Below are positions 47,159-58,290 of a stretch of 64,000 nt of DNA, piece by piece (position 1 is the stretch's first letter; every line of letters starts with the position of its first letter). Position numbers and translations under genes: made by a program. The notes under the pieces are model-generated. The model saw nothing but the letters and a program-made list of their open reading frames with translations, was not told where the DNA came from and made no database searches. Source of the stretch: Escherichia virus TH58; sequence record MT446423.1; one strand, given 5' to 3'.

Positions 47159-48648
47159 TTTTAGATATTTTAAACCAAATAGCTGCGATCGGTTCTACTA
47201 AAACAAAACAAGAAATCCTTAAGAAAAATAAGGACAACAAATTACTTGAACGTGTGTTTCGTTTAACATATGCACGTGGTATCCAGTATTATATTAAGAA
47301 ATGGCCAGGACCGGGTGAAAGGTCTCAAGCATATGGTCTTCTTGAATTAGATGACATGTTGGATTTTATTGAGTTCACATTAGCCACTCGTAAACTCACT
47401 GGTAATGCTGCAATTAAAGAGCTCATGGGTTATATCGCTGACGGTAAACCTGATGATGTAGAAGTCCTTCGTCGTGTAATGATGCGCGACCTTGAAGTAG
47501 GTGCTTCAGTGTCTATCGCGAATAAGGTGTGGCCTGGACTTATTCAATTGCAACCGCAGATGTTAGCATCTGCATATGATGAGAAATTGATTACTAAAAA
47601 TATTAAATGGCCCGCATTTGCCCAATTAAAAGCAGATGGTGCTCGTTGTTTCGCTGAAGTTCGCGATGATGGCGTTCAATTCTTTTCTCGTGCCGGTAAC
47701 GAATACCATGGTCTTACTCTATTAGCAGATGAACTAATGGAAATGACTAAAGAAGCTCGTGAAAGACACCATAATGGGGTTTTAATCGACGGTGAATTAG
47801 TTTATCATTCATTCGATATTAAAAAGGCTGTGAGCTCAGGAAATGACCTGTCGTTCTTATTTGGTGATAATGAAGAATCCGAAGAAGTACAAGTTGCAGA
47901 CCGTAGCACTTCAAATGGTTTAGCAAATAAATCTCTTCAAGGGACTATTTCTCCTAAAGAAGCGGAAGGTATGGTTCTTCAAGCCTGGGACTATGTTCCT
48001 TTAGATGAAGTCTATTCTGATGGCAAAATTAAAGGTCAGAAATACGATGTTCGTTTTGCTGCTCTTGAAAATATGGCTGAATGCTTTAAGCGAATTGAGC
48101 CAATTGAAAATCAGTTAGTTCGTAATCTTGATGAAGCTAAATTGGTTTATAAGAAATATGTTGACCAAGGTCTTGAAGGTATTATCCTTAAAAACCGTGA
48201 TTCATATTGGGAAAACAAACGCTCTAAGAACCTAATTAAATTTAAAGAAGTTATTGATATCGCTTTAGAAGTTGTAGGATACTATGAACACTCTAAAGAC
48301 CCTAACAAATTAGGTGGTGTCGAACTCGTATCACGTTGTCGTCGTATTACAACCGATTGTGGTTCAGGGTTTAAAGATACAACTCATAAAACAGTTGACG
48401 GTGTAAAGGTTCTTATTCCTTTAGACGAACGTCATGATTTGGACCGTGAACGATTAATGTCCGAAGCTCGTGAAGGTAAATTAATTGGACGTATCGCTGA
48501 TTGTGAATGTAATGGTTGGGTTCATTCTAAAGGCCGTGAAGGTACTGTAGGTATTTTCCTTCCAATTATTAAAGGGTTCCGTTTTGATAAAACAGAAGCG
48601 GATTCATTTGAAGACGTATTTGGACCGTGGTCCCAGACAGGTTTATAA
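47155..48648 (+). CDS. 30: ATP-dependent DNA ligase
   Basis: 497 aa; adenylation motif KADGAR and motifs matching recalled T4 ligase (LATRKLTGNAA, GLEGIILKN). Confidence 0.93.
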   Translation: MILDILNQIAAIGSTKTKQEILKKNKDNKLLERVFRLTYARGIQYYIKKWPGPGERSQAYGLLELDDMLDFIEFTLATRKLTGNAAIKELMGYIADGKPDDVEVLRRVMMRDLEVGASVSIANKVWPGLIQLQPQMLASAYDEKLITKNIKWPAFAQLKADGARCFAEVRDDGVQFFSRAGNEYHGLTLLADELMEMTKEARERHHNGVLIDGELVYHSFDIKKAVSSGNDLSFLFGDNEESEEVQVADRSTSNGLANKSLQGTISPKEAEGMVLQAWDYVPLDEVYSDGKIKGQKYDVRFAALENMAECFKRIEPIENQLVRNLDEAKLVYKKYVDQGLEGIILKNRDSYWENKRSKNLIKFKEVIDIALEVVGYYEHSKDPNKLGGVELVSRCRRITTDCGSGFKDTTHKTVDGVKVLIPLDERHDLDRERLMSEAREGKLIGRIADCECNGWVHSKGREGTVGIFLPIIKGFRFDKTEADSFEDVFGPWSQTGL

Positions 48649-48836
48649 TGAAAGCTTATTTAGAAACAGTTATTGTAGCTAAGAAGGAAGGTGGAGATGT
48701 TTCCACCTCTTGTTCCCAAATTGTATTAGATTTTCCTAATAACGATTCCTATAATATTTTTATGGACAATTTTGATAAGTACGAAAAAGGCCCTAATTTT
48801 GAAGTTTATCGTACTTTGCTCCTGATTGTGGATTAA
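48648..48836 (+). CDS. hypothetical protein (62 aa)
   Basis: Track ORF 48627-48836 trimmed to ATG 48648, which overlaps ligase stop (TAATG). Confidence 0.45.
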   Translation: MKAYLETVIVAKKEGGDVSTSCSQIVLDFPNNDSYNIFMDNFDKYEKGPNFEVYRTLLLIVD

Positions 48837-48856
48837 GAGCCTTCGGGCTCTTTTTG
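48837..48856 (+). terminator. rho-independent terminator (AGAGCCTTCGGGCTCT + T-run)
   Basis: Perfect stem with UUCG loop, TTTTT. Confidence 0.65.
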
Positions 48857-48891
48857 GCATAAATATAAATTATTACTAAAAGGAAAACACT

Positions 48892-50979
48892 ATGTCTGAA
48901 CAATTAAATGAAGTGTTTGAATCTGAAGGCAGTCTTCCTGTCGTCAATTTGAACCCTAAAGCTAAAGTTCCACAAGTCTGGAAAATTGGTGATATCGATA
49001 CAAACATCGTAGTTCGTTTATTCTCTTACCTTTCCGAAGGCGATGCTGTAAAACAAGTTAAACTTGGTGACAAATACGCTCATGTCGTTATTATGAGTCT
49101 TTCTGAAAAGGGTAATCTCGCTGAATTGAAAAATGGCCTTGGTCCTGCTCCTATTGATGCAATCAACACCATTTTCAATACGGTATATGAACAGGTTAAA
49201 GCTCTTCGTATGGATGCAGTTCTGTTCCGATTCCCTACCAAGAAATTGAAAGGACGTGGACAACAACTTCAAACTCTTCTTGCTCGTTTAGTTTCTACTA
49301 AAACCGGTGGTCGTTTTAAAGTATTGTCTGCAATGTATCAATTCACAGGTAAACACACATATGTGATGATGGTTCGTAAAAATGCCGACATTGAAGATAT
49401 TAAAGGCATCCCTAACATTAACACAGAGTTGTACACGAAAGTAGATTCTGATGTTGGTGAAGTTTATGTGAGTAAAAAGACTGGCGAAAAAGTCACCAAA
49501 GAAATGGCTATCGCTGGTTCTATTGCTGCTGTAGAAGAAAAACGTAAAGATAAGCCTGTTATTGCTCGTACTAAAATTTCTCGTCGCGCTATTGCAGCAA
49601 GTCAATCTTTAGAAGCTGACCGCCAAGAAGGTGAGCTATTCCAGAAATACGAAAATTCTGCTAAAGAAGTTAGTGGCCCAGCTACAGCTGAATTACTTCC
49701 TGAAGCATATGAAATCGTACTAGCCCAAGCATCGTCCACAGCAAAAGGCACTTTAGTTGCTGATATCGAAAATAAGATTTATAATCGTATTGATGAATCC
49801 TTTAGATTTGCTGATGAAGTTTCTTATGGCAGTGTTATTAAGCCAACTTTAGAAAAGTTTGCTAAGAAAATTAAAACTGAAAAAACAACATCTGTTAAAG
49901 CATTAGCTGCTTTTGTTGAAGCTGCAAACGAAATTGCAGACTCTATTAAAGACGAATGGTTTGAAGATTTTAGACGAGATAATTTCCAACTGGCTGACGA
50001 CGTTTTAGCTGAAGTATCTGAAAAAACTTGGAAACAACGTAAATCAGCGTTCTTGTCTAATGTGATGTATACTTATGCACGAGAATCGGCTAGAGGCACC
50101 TTTAATATAACAATGAATCGGGACCCTAAACAATACTCTGTTGCTGAAAAACGAGCTATTCGTGAATATGCCTCTTCTGCGTATACCGATATCAATAATA
50201 TGTTGTTAGGCCGTTATAAACCGGATTTTTACGATGTTGCAGATGAAGATGAAGTTAAACGCGCTATCGATGGTCTTGATTCGGCGTTTTTAAATGGAGA
50301 CCGTTTACCTGAAGGACTAACGTTATATAGAGCTCAGTCTATCAGAATGCCTATTTACGAAGCAATGGTTAAAAATAAGGTATTCTACTTCAGAAACTAT
50401 GTTTCCACTTCACTAGCTCCTATTATTTTCGGTGGGTTTAAAGAGAACGTTGCCCTTGGACTTGCTCCTGAAGAAGTTCGCAAAGAGCTTAACATTGACA
50501 ATAATGACGAAGGTGTTACTATTTCTCCTAGTCAAGTAAGAACAGCTATGCATGCACCAGAACAAATCCGTGTTAACGTTGGATGGGCTATTGATGGCGC
50601 CCATAAAGTTAACGTGATTTATCCTGGACAGTTGAGTAATCACCCTAATGAGCAAGAAATTATTTTGCCTAGAGGCATTCTCTTGCAGATAAATAAAATT
50701 ACGGATGCGTCATCTGACACTGGTGCAGGTTTAGAATCCAACCTTAAATTTATTCAAGCTGAAGTCATGTCCTCAGACCAGTTGGACGAAGCTGTCATTT
50801 ACGATGGTGATGTTCTCATGGAAACAGGCGAGGTTGTTGCTATGACTGGTGAAATCGAATCGGATGAGCCGGTATCGTTCTCTTCATTTGTAGAAAAAAC
50901 TAGTGCTCCTAAAGGATTGAAATTGTTAGCATCTTTAATGGATTTAGAATCAGTTCCGTTTAAATTTGTCCAAGGATAG
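48892..50979 (+). CDS. alt: ADP-ribosyltransferase Alt (virion-packaged, modifies host RNA polymerase)
   Basis: 695 aa; ART catalytic triad context R (YTYARESARG), STS (YVSTSL), ExE (EQEIIL); position next to ligase as in T4. Confidence 0.9.
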   Translation: MSEQLNEVFESEGSLPVVNLNPKAKVPQVWKIGDIDTNIVVRLFSYLSEGDAVKQVKLGDKYAHVVIMSLSEKGNLAELKNGLGPAPIDAINTIFNTVYEQVKALRMDAVLFRFPTKKLKGRGQQLQTLLARLVSTKTGGRFKVLSAMYQFTGKHTYVMMVRKNADIEDIKGIPNINTELYTKVDSDVGEVYVSKKTGEKVTKEMAIAGSIAAVEEKRKDKPVIARTKISRRAIAASQSLEADRQEGELFQKYENSAKEVSGPATAELLPEAYEIVLAQASSTAKGTLVADIENKIYNRIDESFRFADEVSYGSVIKPTLEKFAKKIKTEKTTSVKALAAFVEAANEIADSIKDEWFEDFRRDNFQLADDVLAEVSEKTWKQRKSAFLSNVMYTYARESARGTFNITMNRDPKQYSVAEKRAIREYASSAYTDINNMLLGRYKPDFYDVADEDEVKRAIDGLDSAFLNGDRLPEGLTLYRAQSIRMPIYEAMVKNKVFYFRNYVSTSLAPIIFGGFKENVALGLAPEEVRKELNIDNNDEGVTISPSQVRTAMHAPEQIRVNVGWAIDGAHKVNVIYPGQLSNHPNEQEIILPRGILLQINKITDASSDTGAGLESNLKFIQAEVMSSDQLDEAVIYDGDVLMETGEVVAMTGEIESDEPVSFSSFVEKTSAPKGLKLLASLMDLESVPFKFVQG

Positions 50980-51008
50980 TTTACAAACACATGGATGTGT
51001 GATACTAT
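50979..51008 (+). promoter_or_regulatory. T4 early-type promoter
   Basis: GTTTAC 50979-50984, TGa-TACTAT 51000-51008. Confidence 0.45.
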
Positions 51009-51037
51009 CATCCCATCAACAACATGAGGAAAACGTT

Positions 51038-51331
51038 ATGAAATCTATGCTTCGCTTTAATGGTCAAGAACTAGTAGTTGAAGATGCTATCCCAGCGGAT
51101 GATGTTTTTAACGAAGCTGTGATTGACGAATTGAATCGAGTATTCCCAGGTGCATTCCATATTGCTATGGAACCTCTTAAAAACTTTCGTGACCCTGAGC
51201 ACACTGATCAAATTTTTGTCGGTGTAGTGACAGGTCATTTAGAAACAGAGGTACCAATGGTCGTATTAGTTAAATACTCTAAAGATGATACTCCATTCCG
51301 AGCACCAGCATTCCTTTCATTCCGTAAATAA
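51038..51331 (+). CDS. hypothetical protein (97 aa)
   Basis: Track ORF 50966-51331 trimmed to ATG 51038 with GAGGAAA RBS. Confidence 0.5.
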   Translation: MKSMLRFNGQELVVEDAIPADDVFNEAVIDELNRVFPGAFHIAMEPLKNFRDPEHTDQIFVGVVTGHLETEVPMVVLVKYSKDDTPFRAPAFLSFRK

Positions 51332-51340
51332 ACCCCTAAA

Positions 51341-51364
51341 GGGAGACAACGTCTCCCTTTTTTC
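51341..51364 (+). terminator. rho-independent terminator (GGGAGACAACGTCTCCC + T7)
   Basis: Perfect stem, TTTTTTT; sits between convergent genes. Confidence 0.65.
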
Positions 51365-52327
51365 TTATAGACCTAAAACTCTTGATGTAGAATTCACCAT
51401 ACCTGTCATTGTGTTTATATTAGACACACCTCCAGCGGTCCCACCTAATCTAGAAAGTCTTGATACTGCACTTCCTAGCCCAGAATCATTCTGATTATTC
51501 CCAAACATTCCTGAAACACTACTAATAAGTCCTGATTCCAGCCATTCTAAAGCAGCCTGTCTATTTACAGCACCTGATTGCATAACGCGATAAGCAAATG
51601 TTACATCAAAAACTGTTATCTGATTATCACCATCATACGTTAACTCAGGAGAAGAGACACTAACAGGAATACATCCTGTGAACATGACAGCGGTATGTGG
51701 TAAACCATTTCGTGCATGTAAATTAACCTGAATATCTGCTTCGACGTCTTGTGGTAAAGCACGAAGACCTGTTACAGGGTCTTGGACCGAGTTTACCCAG
51801 TCTTGCATTGCTCTAAAGTTAGATGCTTCGGAATCCATTCTAAAGCTTATTACTAACGGGTCCATTTCACGACCGGTAATTCGGATATTCGGGGAGTTAT
51901 AGTTGAAATCCGTTTCATAAGATAATCGGTTCTCAGGCATTTTTACAGAATAAATCATTAAACCCGTATTATTATATGCCATATTGAAGAAGTCTATCAG
52001 ATAAGTTCCTACTGTGAACTCACCTAACAAGCTTTGTACCGTACGTTGACTCATTGCTCCAATCAGATATTTACTTGCACCCGATTTTCGAATTAATTTC
52101 TGTGTTCCTGCTGTAATCAAGGTTGTTACGCCCTGATTGATATCACCTTGAGACAATCCTAGCCAATCTGAATCCAACCCTAAGTTATTATAAGCAAAAC
52201 TACCAATTGACGAAATTAGTGAAGACGATTTGGTTGATGGTGTAGTAGCAAATACACAACTAAACATATTGTTTCGTTGGAAATCTGCATTTATAGCTTG
52301 GTTATTAAATTCTTCTAAAGAGTACAT
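51365..52327 (-). CDS. 54: baseplate tail-tube initiator gp54
   Basis: 320 aa as T4 gp54; N-terminus MYSLEEFNNQAINADFQRNNMF. Confidence 0.9.
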   Translation of the reverse strand: MYSLEEFNNQAINADFQRNNMFSCVFATTPSTKSSSLISSIGSFAYNNLGLDSDWLGLSQGDINQGVTTLITAGTQKLIRKSGASKYLIGAMSQRTVQSLLGEFTVGTYLIDFFNMAYNNTGLMIYSVKMPENRLSYETDFNYNSPNIRITGREMDPLVISFRMDSEASNFRAMQDWVNSVQDPVTGLRALPQDVEADIQVNLHARNGLPHTAVMFTGCIPVSVSSPELTYDGDNQITVFDVTFAYRVMQSGAVNRQAALEWLESGLISSVSGMFGNNQNDSGLGSAVSRLSRLGGTAGGVSNINTMTGMVNSTSRVLGL

Positions 52328-53436
52328 TAGAAAGTCCCCGCATAAAGTGAAGAACGGTTTAATGTAATAATTTCTCGCATTGTTATCTCTAACGTAAATG
52401 TTGACGGTAAGTTAGGAGCAACAGCAAGACCATTAAATTGTCCATTTGGAGTTTTATCAAAACGTACGCTTTGAATTTGGCATGGGCCAAATACGTCAGT
52501 TAATCCATCAAATTTAGACGTATAACCAAAGTTTTTAACCATCCAAATTGTAGGGTTGCTTACAACTAATACGTTTGTTAATGACGCAGTAATCTTTTCA
52601 AACAATGTCTTATTTTTTACTGCATCATCCGGCGTCATAGGCTCAATAAACGTTGAACGGTACCATTCGTCTAAATAACTTTTAATCTCTTGGGCGTACT
52701 GTGATTTACCGGTCTCACCATATGAGAAATAGTTAAAATACTGGTAAATGTTTATAATAGCCATAAGGTCTTCAGTTGAACGTGGAGTTAAATCCCATGT
52801 AAAGACTTTAGTACGGTTCTCAGCACCGCCATACATACTACGAGAAGTCGTATAAATCTGTTCGTTATTATCAGCCATAAGCCCTTGAGTAATAGAATCT
52901 AATGCACCAAAAACTGCAGTAGAAGCAATGTTACTTAAAACACCTGTAGCAGTACCTCCACCTTTAGTAATAAGGCTATCACCGATATCATTAAAACGAT
53001 GTGAAGTTGTATCAACGTCAGATTTGGAACGTGGCAAAAGTATATTAGCAACAGGAGTTTTATTTATAGTAGGTTTATTAGCTCCGGCAGGAAGCAACCC
53101 ATTAGAGAATTTAGTCACTGCATCTTTCACATTATCAGTTAAATCTGATATGATACCGTTAGATGAAGTGCCGGCATATGCAGGACGTAAATTCCTGAGG
53201 GATCCTGAATCGCGTGCAGACATATTGTACGCGGTAAATAATAATCCGTTCTTATAAAGGTCTGTTACCTGGAAGTCTCCTGTGGAGTCATTTCCGGCCG
53301 CTCTTCCTGTAGGAAATTGAGCAACATAAGTTTTAGTAGTTGTTTCGGTTTTAGTGCTTTGCCCGGCACTTTCTGAGACTGGGATTGCTTTATTTAAATC
53401 CTTTGCATCTACTACTATTTCTTTTACACTAATCAT
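52327..53436 (-). CDS. 48: baseplate tail-tube cap gp48
   Basis: 369 aa; position and length as T4 gp48. Confidence 0.9.
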   Translation of the reverse strand: MISVKEIVVDAKDLNKAIPVSESAGQSTKTETTTKTYVAQFPTGRAAGNDSTGDFQVTDLYKNGLLFTAYNMSARDSGSLRNLRPAYAGTSSNGIISDLTDNVKDAVTKFSNGLLPAGANKPTINKTPVANILLPRSKSDVDTTSHRFNDIGDSLITKGGGTATGVLSNIASTAVFGALDSITQGLMADNNEQIYTTSRSMYGGAENRTKVFTWDLTPRSTEDLMAIINIYQYFNYFSYGETGKSQYAQEIKSYLDEWYRSTFIEPMTPDDAVKNKTLFEKITASLTNVLVVSNPTIWMVKNFGYTSKFDGLTDVFGPCQIQSVRFDKTPNGQFNGLAVAPNLPSTFTLEITMREIITLNRSSLYAGTF

Positions 53437-53444
53437 AATAATCC

Positions 53445-55217
53445 TTAATTAACACCGGTGGCATGGAAAATTCCAGGAGCCGTTGTACTTGTTACAGGGG
53501 TCATATTCTGGACTACGGTATTCTTTTTGACGACATTATTTGTGTTACTAATCGCCGCTACCGGTTGCTGTTGTTTAGATTCAGAAGCACGTCCTTTCTC
53601 TATTGACTGAACTTGTTTTGCTTCAGGAGATTTAGTCGAAGATTCAGGCTTAACTGTTGTCTGAGCCTTTTTGGCTTCAGCCATTTTATTATTTAGCTTT
53701 TCAAATCTAGCATCTAATTCCTTTTTAACAACAGGAGTTTTATTAAGTTCAGGGTCTTTAATAAGTTTACTTAAATCAGCATAAGACTTCTCGACGTTTT
53801 TAGCATTTTCCGGATTAGTCATATCGATTTTATCGATATAATCCTCAAATCTAACTAGTGCAGCACGAGTTTCATTAGCTTTTATATACGCCTCTTTACG
53901 TTCCTCTTCAGGTAACTCTTTTAATTTTGCTGATTCCGCAGCACGCTCATCGCTTGTACTAAACTCTTCTTTATTGTCATTACCACGAACCCAGTTAGTA
54001 ACGAATGTTTTGCCGCGTTGTAACATATCAAGACCTTTAGAAACGGTTCCTAATTCCCCATCATCACGCTTCATTTGATATTTAGCGACTTTCTCTTGGT
54101 CTTCTTTCTTTAATGTGTTCCCAGTAGTTTCTTGGAATCCTTCCAAAGCACGTCCTTCTATTTCGTCCGCGGTATCACCAAAACCTATAGCACGCAATAT
54201 AGACGCAGAGAGTTTAGCCATTCCTAATTGAATTAGTTCACCTAAGTTCATTAATGCTGTTCCTACACCTTTGACAATAGCAACGGTTAAACCACCCCAG
54301 TCTCCAGCTTCCCACAATTGTTTTATAGAGTCAATAGAAGTGAATATATCACTTAAGAATTTACCCCACTCTTTAGCTTCATCAGAGAATTTAGTAAAGT
54401 TTTCATCAAATAAATCCCAGGCAGAAGTGAACTTGTCTGTCCAATATTTGAAATGGACTATCAATAAATCAATACCGATAACAATACCAAGAATAAGTGC
54501 GGCCATTTTTGCTGCTTCAATAGCAGCCGTTATAGTGTATTTGAAAAGCATTCCAGCAATTCTGTCTGAAATTGATATTGATTTATTAAACCCGGTTTGA
54601 ACTGTTTTGGTGAGCATTGCAATTTTATCGCTCAATTTAAAGCTAATTCCGCCTTTAGAATCGGAAGTAGAATTAGCACTTTCTTGAACCGGGACCGGGA
54701 AGAAATCTTCGTCTGGCTTATTATCAATCTTTTCAGGTGTAGGTAATGCTTTAAACAACTCATCAGAAGTTTCGTTCTCAACCACTTTAACAGGTATCGC
54801 GTTCTCAATTACTTCAAGAGAGGTGCCTCCTGTATTTTGAATAGCGGTAGATGTTTGTAATTTTTGCTCTAATAATGTAGCTAATCGGTCTAACTTGGAG
54901 CTTATTGCACTAGAAACTTCGTTTATACTTTTAGTGACTTCAGTTTGTTTTTCAATAACTTCTGCGATAAGCTCTGTGCCTTCAGCAGTATTATCTGTCG
55001 AATTCTTTAAGTCTCCAATTGATTCAATAATTCCATTGCCTTTATCTTCTACACTTTGTGATGTGAGTTCAGACGCGGCTTGGACATCGTCTAGTTTTGA
55101 TGAAATGTCATTCAATGCTTCTAATGAATCAGTAGCTGCTGTTGCAGCTACTTTTTGTGGTTTATTATCGGCAATGACCTTATTTCTACGCATGGATTTC
55201 ATTTCTTCAGGTTTCAT
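53445..55217 (-). CDS. 29: baseplate hub subunit / tail length determinator gp29
   Basis: 590 aa as T4 gp29. Confidence 0.9.
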   Translation of the reverse strand: MKPEEMKSMRRNKVIADNKPQKVAATAATDSLEALNDISSKLDDVQAASELTSQSVEDKGNGIIESIGDLKNSTDNTAEGTELIAEVIEKQTEVTKSINEVSSAISSKLDRLATLLEQKLQTSTAIQNTGGTSLEVIENAIPVKVVENETSDELFKALPTPEKIDNKPDEDFFPVPVQESANSTSDSKGGISFKLSDKIAMLTKTVQTGFNKSISISDRIAGMLFKYTITAAIEAAKMAALILGIVIGIDLLIVHFKYWTDKFTSAWDLFDENFTKFSDEAKEWGKFLSDIFTSIDSIKQLWEAGDWGGLTVAIVKGVGTALMNLGELIQLGMAKLSASILRAIGFGDTADEIEGRALEGFQETTGNTLKKEDQEKVAKYQMKRDDGELGTVSKGLDMLQRGKTFVTNWVRGNDNKEEFSTSDERAAESAKLKELPEEERKEAYIKANETRAALVRFEDYIDKIDMTNPENAKNVEKSYADLSKLIKDPELNKTPVVKKELDARFEKLNNKMAEAKKAQTTVKPESSTKSPEAKQVQSIEKGRASESKQQQPVAAISNTNNVVKKNTVVQNMTPVTSTTAPGIFHATGVN

Positions 55218-55747
55218 TCAAGCAATCCAATAATTTCTGCTATACCCTTAATAGGGCCATTAGGGCCTGGAATAGCAATAGTTGTCGAAAGGTCTTCTGC
55301 CCATTTGATTACAAAAGCAGGCATCTCAAGGAAAGAAATTTCTTTCTCTTCGTCATTAACTTTTATTAAGCAATTTGATAACATTTCACTGATTGTAGCG
55401 AATTGTTCAAATTTGCCTGGAGGTCTAAAATAAAAAGTATTGCCTTGGAATTGGAATTCTGTTCGTTGGCATACATAGACGTCATCTAGTTTATATGTGA
55501 ATCCGTCTTTTTCAACTTCAGACTTAAGTTTGTTATTAAATTCCAATATATGTAGACATGCAAAATCAAAATCTGCGGGACTCATATTTTTACAAATAGA
55601 ATCAGCTAAGATTTTCATGTTTTCATCAGGACCTTTAACGTCCTTTAAAAGATTATAATGTTTGAGCCCTAATTTGGGAATCATTACCTTTTTATTAGAC
55701 TGTGGTAGAATTATTTTCTTTAGAGGTAGAATCAGATTTAAGTTCAT
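55214..55747 (-). CDS. 28: baseplate hub distal subunit gp28
   Basis: 177 aa as T4 gp28; start lies inside 3' end of gene 27. Confidence 0.85.
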   Translation of the reverse strand: MNLNLILPLKKIILPQSNKKVMIPKLGLKHYNLLKDVKGPDENMKILADSICKNMSPADFDFACLHILEFNNKLKSEVEKDGFTYKLDDVYVCQRTEFQFQGNTFYFRPPGKFEQFATISEMLSNCLIKVNDEEKEISFLEMPAFVIKWAEDLSTTIAIPGPNGPIKGIAEIIGLLE

Positions 55748-56867
55748 TTTTAACCTTAACTGGGTTAACAGGTTCTAACACCATTGAGTTGGTAAACATG
55801 TACAGATGAGTTTGTGAGTTGTTATTTGATAACTCATGAATAACTTCATCGACGTAAAATTCGGATTTGAATTGGTTCTTTTGGTCAACAAATATAATTT
55901 TAGTAGCAGGCGTTATGTTAAAATTACCTGTAGTAGTGCATTTAGCATATCCATCATATTGAGCCATTGTCTGAAGACGACTTGCTTCTTCAAATCCATT
56001 ACGATAAGTCATTTCGGAATATCCACCGGATCTTGACACAAGAATAGCATTATCACCATCGCCTGTAACAATAACCGGAATAGATGTATCTAAAAATGAA
56101 TGAGCGAATATCGTGGCGTTTTTAATAGGGTCTCTTGTAAATTGGTTAGCTTTAGTCATCCAGGTGAAATCCCATACTAATGGATACTCAAGCTCTTGAA
56201 TATACTGACCTACAGTATTTGGCTCGCCTACAATCATCTTAATGCCTTCCTGACCAATAAGAGTATCATAGTCAATCATGTTTACGCCTAAAATATCTTG
56301 CCATACGAATACGAACTTATCACTCGCTGTAGCAAGTCCTAATTCTCTGACATATGCCAAATAATCATCAAATGTGCTTGTCCAAGGGATATCAGGAACA
56401 TAAGCATTAATAGTGTTTATTGGCGGAGTAATTAACGTACGGTCTTTATATATGACACCTAACATTTCACGTATAGATTCTCCTGCGTCTGAGAAGAATG
56501 GTCGCCCAAATTTAAGGTTCTCTATAGAATGTATTGTTCCAAGCTCAATTGCAATAATATTGTCACCTTTTGAGTCCACAGACACAGAATAATGTCTACA
56601 TCCATAAATTCGAGTTCTAACTTGGAGAGGTGTGTTTGAATTTGAAACAGAGATTTGGACTATCTGTCTACCATCCATTTTAGTGTGGATGTTTTTAGTG
56701 TCATAAAATTGAAGAATCCCTTCATTTCTTCCATATAGCGAATCTCGCATGGTTAAAGTTGTTATTGTTGCTGCGAGTTCAACGTATCTATTTTCTTGCC
56801 AAGCCGAATAATCTTGATATAATTTAACGCTTAAGTTAGGATATCCTGGACGTTGGAATACTGTCAT
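55695..56867 (-). CDS. 27: baseplate hub subunit gp27
   Basis: 390 aa, near T4 gp27 (391 aa). Confidence 0.9.
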   Translation of the reverse strand: MTVFQRPGYPNLSVKLYQDYSAWQENRYVELAATITTLTMRDSLYGRNEGILQFYDTKNIHTKMDGRQIVQISVSNSNTPLQVRTRIYGCRHYSVSVDSKGDNIIAIELGTIHSIENLKFGRPFFSDAGESIREMLGVIYKDRTLITPPINTINAYVPDIPWTSTFDDYLAYVRELGLATASDKFVFVWQDILGVNMIDYDTLIGQEGIKMIVGEPNTVGQYIQELEYPLVWDFTWMTKANQFTRDPIKNATIFAHSFLDTSIPVIVTGDGDNAILVSRSGGYSEMTYRNGFEEASRLQTMAQYDGYAKCTTTGNFNITPATKIIFVDQKNQFKSEFYVDEVIHELSNNNSQTHLYMFTNSMVLEPVNPVKVKNELKSDSTSKENNSTTV

Positions 56868-57616
56868 TTTTTATGGTCCTTTTCTACTAATGTTAAAGCA
56901 ATACCACGTTCAACAGGAATCATTTGCATAATAGAATCCAATGTGTATTGACTCTTTACTAGTGAATGGTTTATCTGATAGAATGTAAAAATCTCATCAG
57001 GGTTAACTAACAATTTAAAAACCTCTAAGATATCAGTATATGTTTTAACATGGCGTTCACAACAACCTAATCTAAGGGTCAAATTAATAGGGTTCATAGA
57101 AGCAATAACCTTTTCGAGTGAGTCAATGTCTATTGCTTCTATTACTTGGATTTGGTTCTCTTCAGTCAAATCATTCCATGGGTACCATTCATCATTATAA
57201 TATATTTCTTTTATGTTTTCACTTATCATTAATGCTTTATTGTCATAAAACTTTTCAGGGAAAGAAAAACGTATTTTTATACCAGCAACATCAAGTTCAG
57301 GTTCGACTAGTTCTTTTTGATATATCTCAAATGGTGCAGTTTTTTCTTTAGAGCATTTAGGGCAAGTGAAAATAACGGGAACTTTTGTTTTGCCTATAGA
57401 GCCTGCAAAAACTTGCAGGAATATAAATGGTTGCCATGTTTTAGGGTACTCACCAAAATAATCATCAATCAGATCGGCAATTATTTCTTTTTGTTCTTGC
57501 GGCGAACGATGTTCGATATCATTTCTAACTAGTAAAAAGTCTCTATAATCCGCCACAGTGAACGGCTTAAAACGATGAACACCATCCGGTAATTTACAAC
57601 GAATTATATTAGCCAT
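56864..57616 (-). CDS. 51: baseplate hub assembly catalyst gp51
   Basis: 250 aa, near T4 gp51 (249 aa); Cys-rich (CPKC ... CCERH). Confidence 0.88.
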   Translation of the reverse strand: MANIIRCKLPDGVHRFKPFTVADYRDFLLVRNDIEHRSPQEQKEIIADLIDDYFGEYPKTWQPFIFLQVFAGSIGKTKVPVIFTCPKCSKEKTAPFEIYQKELVEPELDVAGIKIRFSFPEKFYDNKALMISENIKEIYYNDEWYPWNDLTEENQIQVIEAIDIDSLEKVIASMNPINLTLRLGCCERHVKTYTDILEVFKLLVNPDEIFTFYQINHSLVKSQYTLDSIMQMIPVERGIALTLVEKDHKK

Positions 57617-57633
57617 AATTACTCCTTTTCTAT

Positions 57634-57645
57634 TATTTATAAATA
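57634..57645. promoter_or_regulatory. divergent late promoters sharing palindrome TATTTATAAATA (gene 51 on minus, gene 26 on plus)
   Basis: 12-mer is its own reverse complement; each strand reads TATAAATA at the expected distance from an RBS. Confidence 0.5.
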
Positions 57646-57663
57646 CACAATAAAGGAGTTAAC

Positions 57664-58290
57664 ATGTACAAATATACGTTTACCGTACGTTTAGGCGATA
57701 AAGAAGTGAATTGTAGAGCCTTTACTTTAAAAGAATATTTAGGACTCATTGGTGCGCGGGCTACCGGTACTATTGAATCAGCAGTGAACGATATTATCAC
57801 TAATTGTTCTAACGCTAAAAACTTGACTAAACAAGAAGCCGAGTTATTGTTGGTAAATCTGTGGGCACATTCATTAGGTGAAGTGAATCAAGAACACACC
57901 TGGAATTGTTCCTGTGGGCATTCATTTCAAGTCTATATGAATTTATTGCACACTCAATTAGATGAACAGGCCGATCCCTGGTATTCGTTCAGCGGTATTA
58001 AAATTAAGTTCCGTCAACCTAAATTATTTGACGATAAAAATATCGCATTAATGATTGCTTCATGTATTGAGGCCGTTTTTGTCAATGGAGAGTCCATCCC
58101 TGTTGAAGATTTAACTGAAGCAGAAATAAACGACCTTTACGGCCTTATAACAGAAGATGACATGATCAATATTAAAAATCTTTTAGTATCGCCATCAATT
58201 TATCTGGCAACCCCTATTAAATGTCCCAAATGTGGGGCGTCACACGTTCACACAATACGAGGCCTCAAAGAATTCTTTGAGTTACTATAA
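57664..58290 (+). CDS. 26: baseplate hub subunit gp26
   Basis: 208 aa as T4 gp26. Confidence 0.9.
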   Translation: MYKYTFTVRLGDKEVNCRAFTLKEYLGLIGARATGTIESAVNDIITNCSNAKNLTKQEAELLLVNLWAHSLGEVNQEHTWNCSCGHSFQVYMNLLHTQLDEQADPWYSFSGIKIKFRQPKLFDDKNIALMIASCIEAVFVNGESIPVEDLTEAEINDLYGLITEDDMINIKNLLVSPSIYLATPIKCPKCGASHVHTIRGLKEFFELL

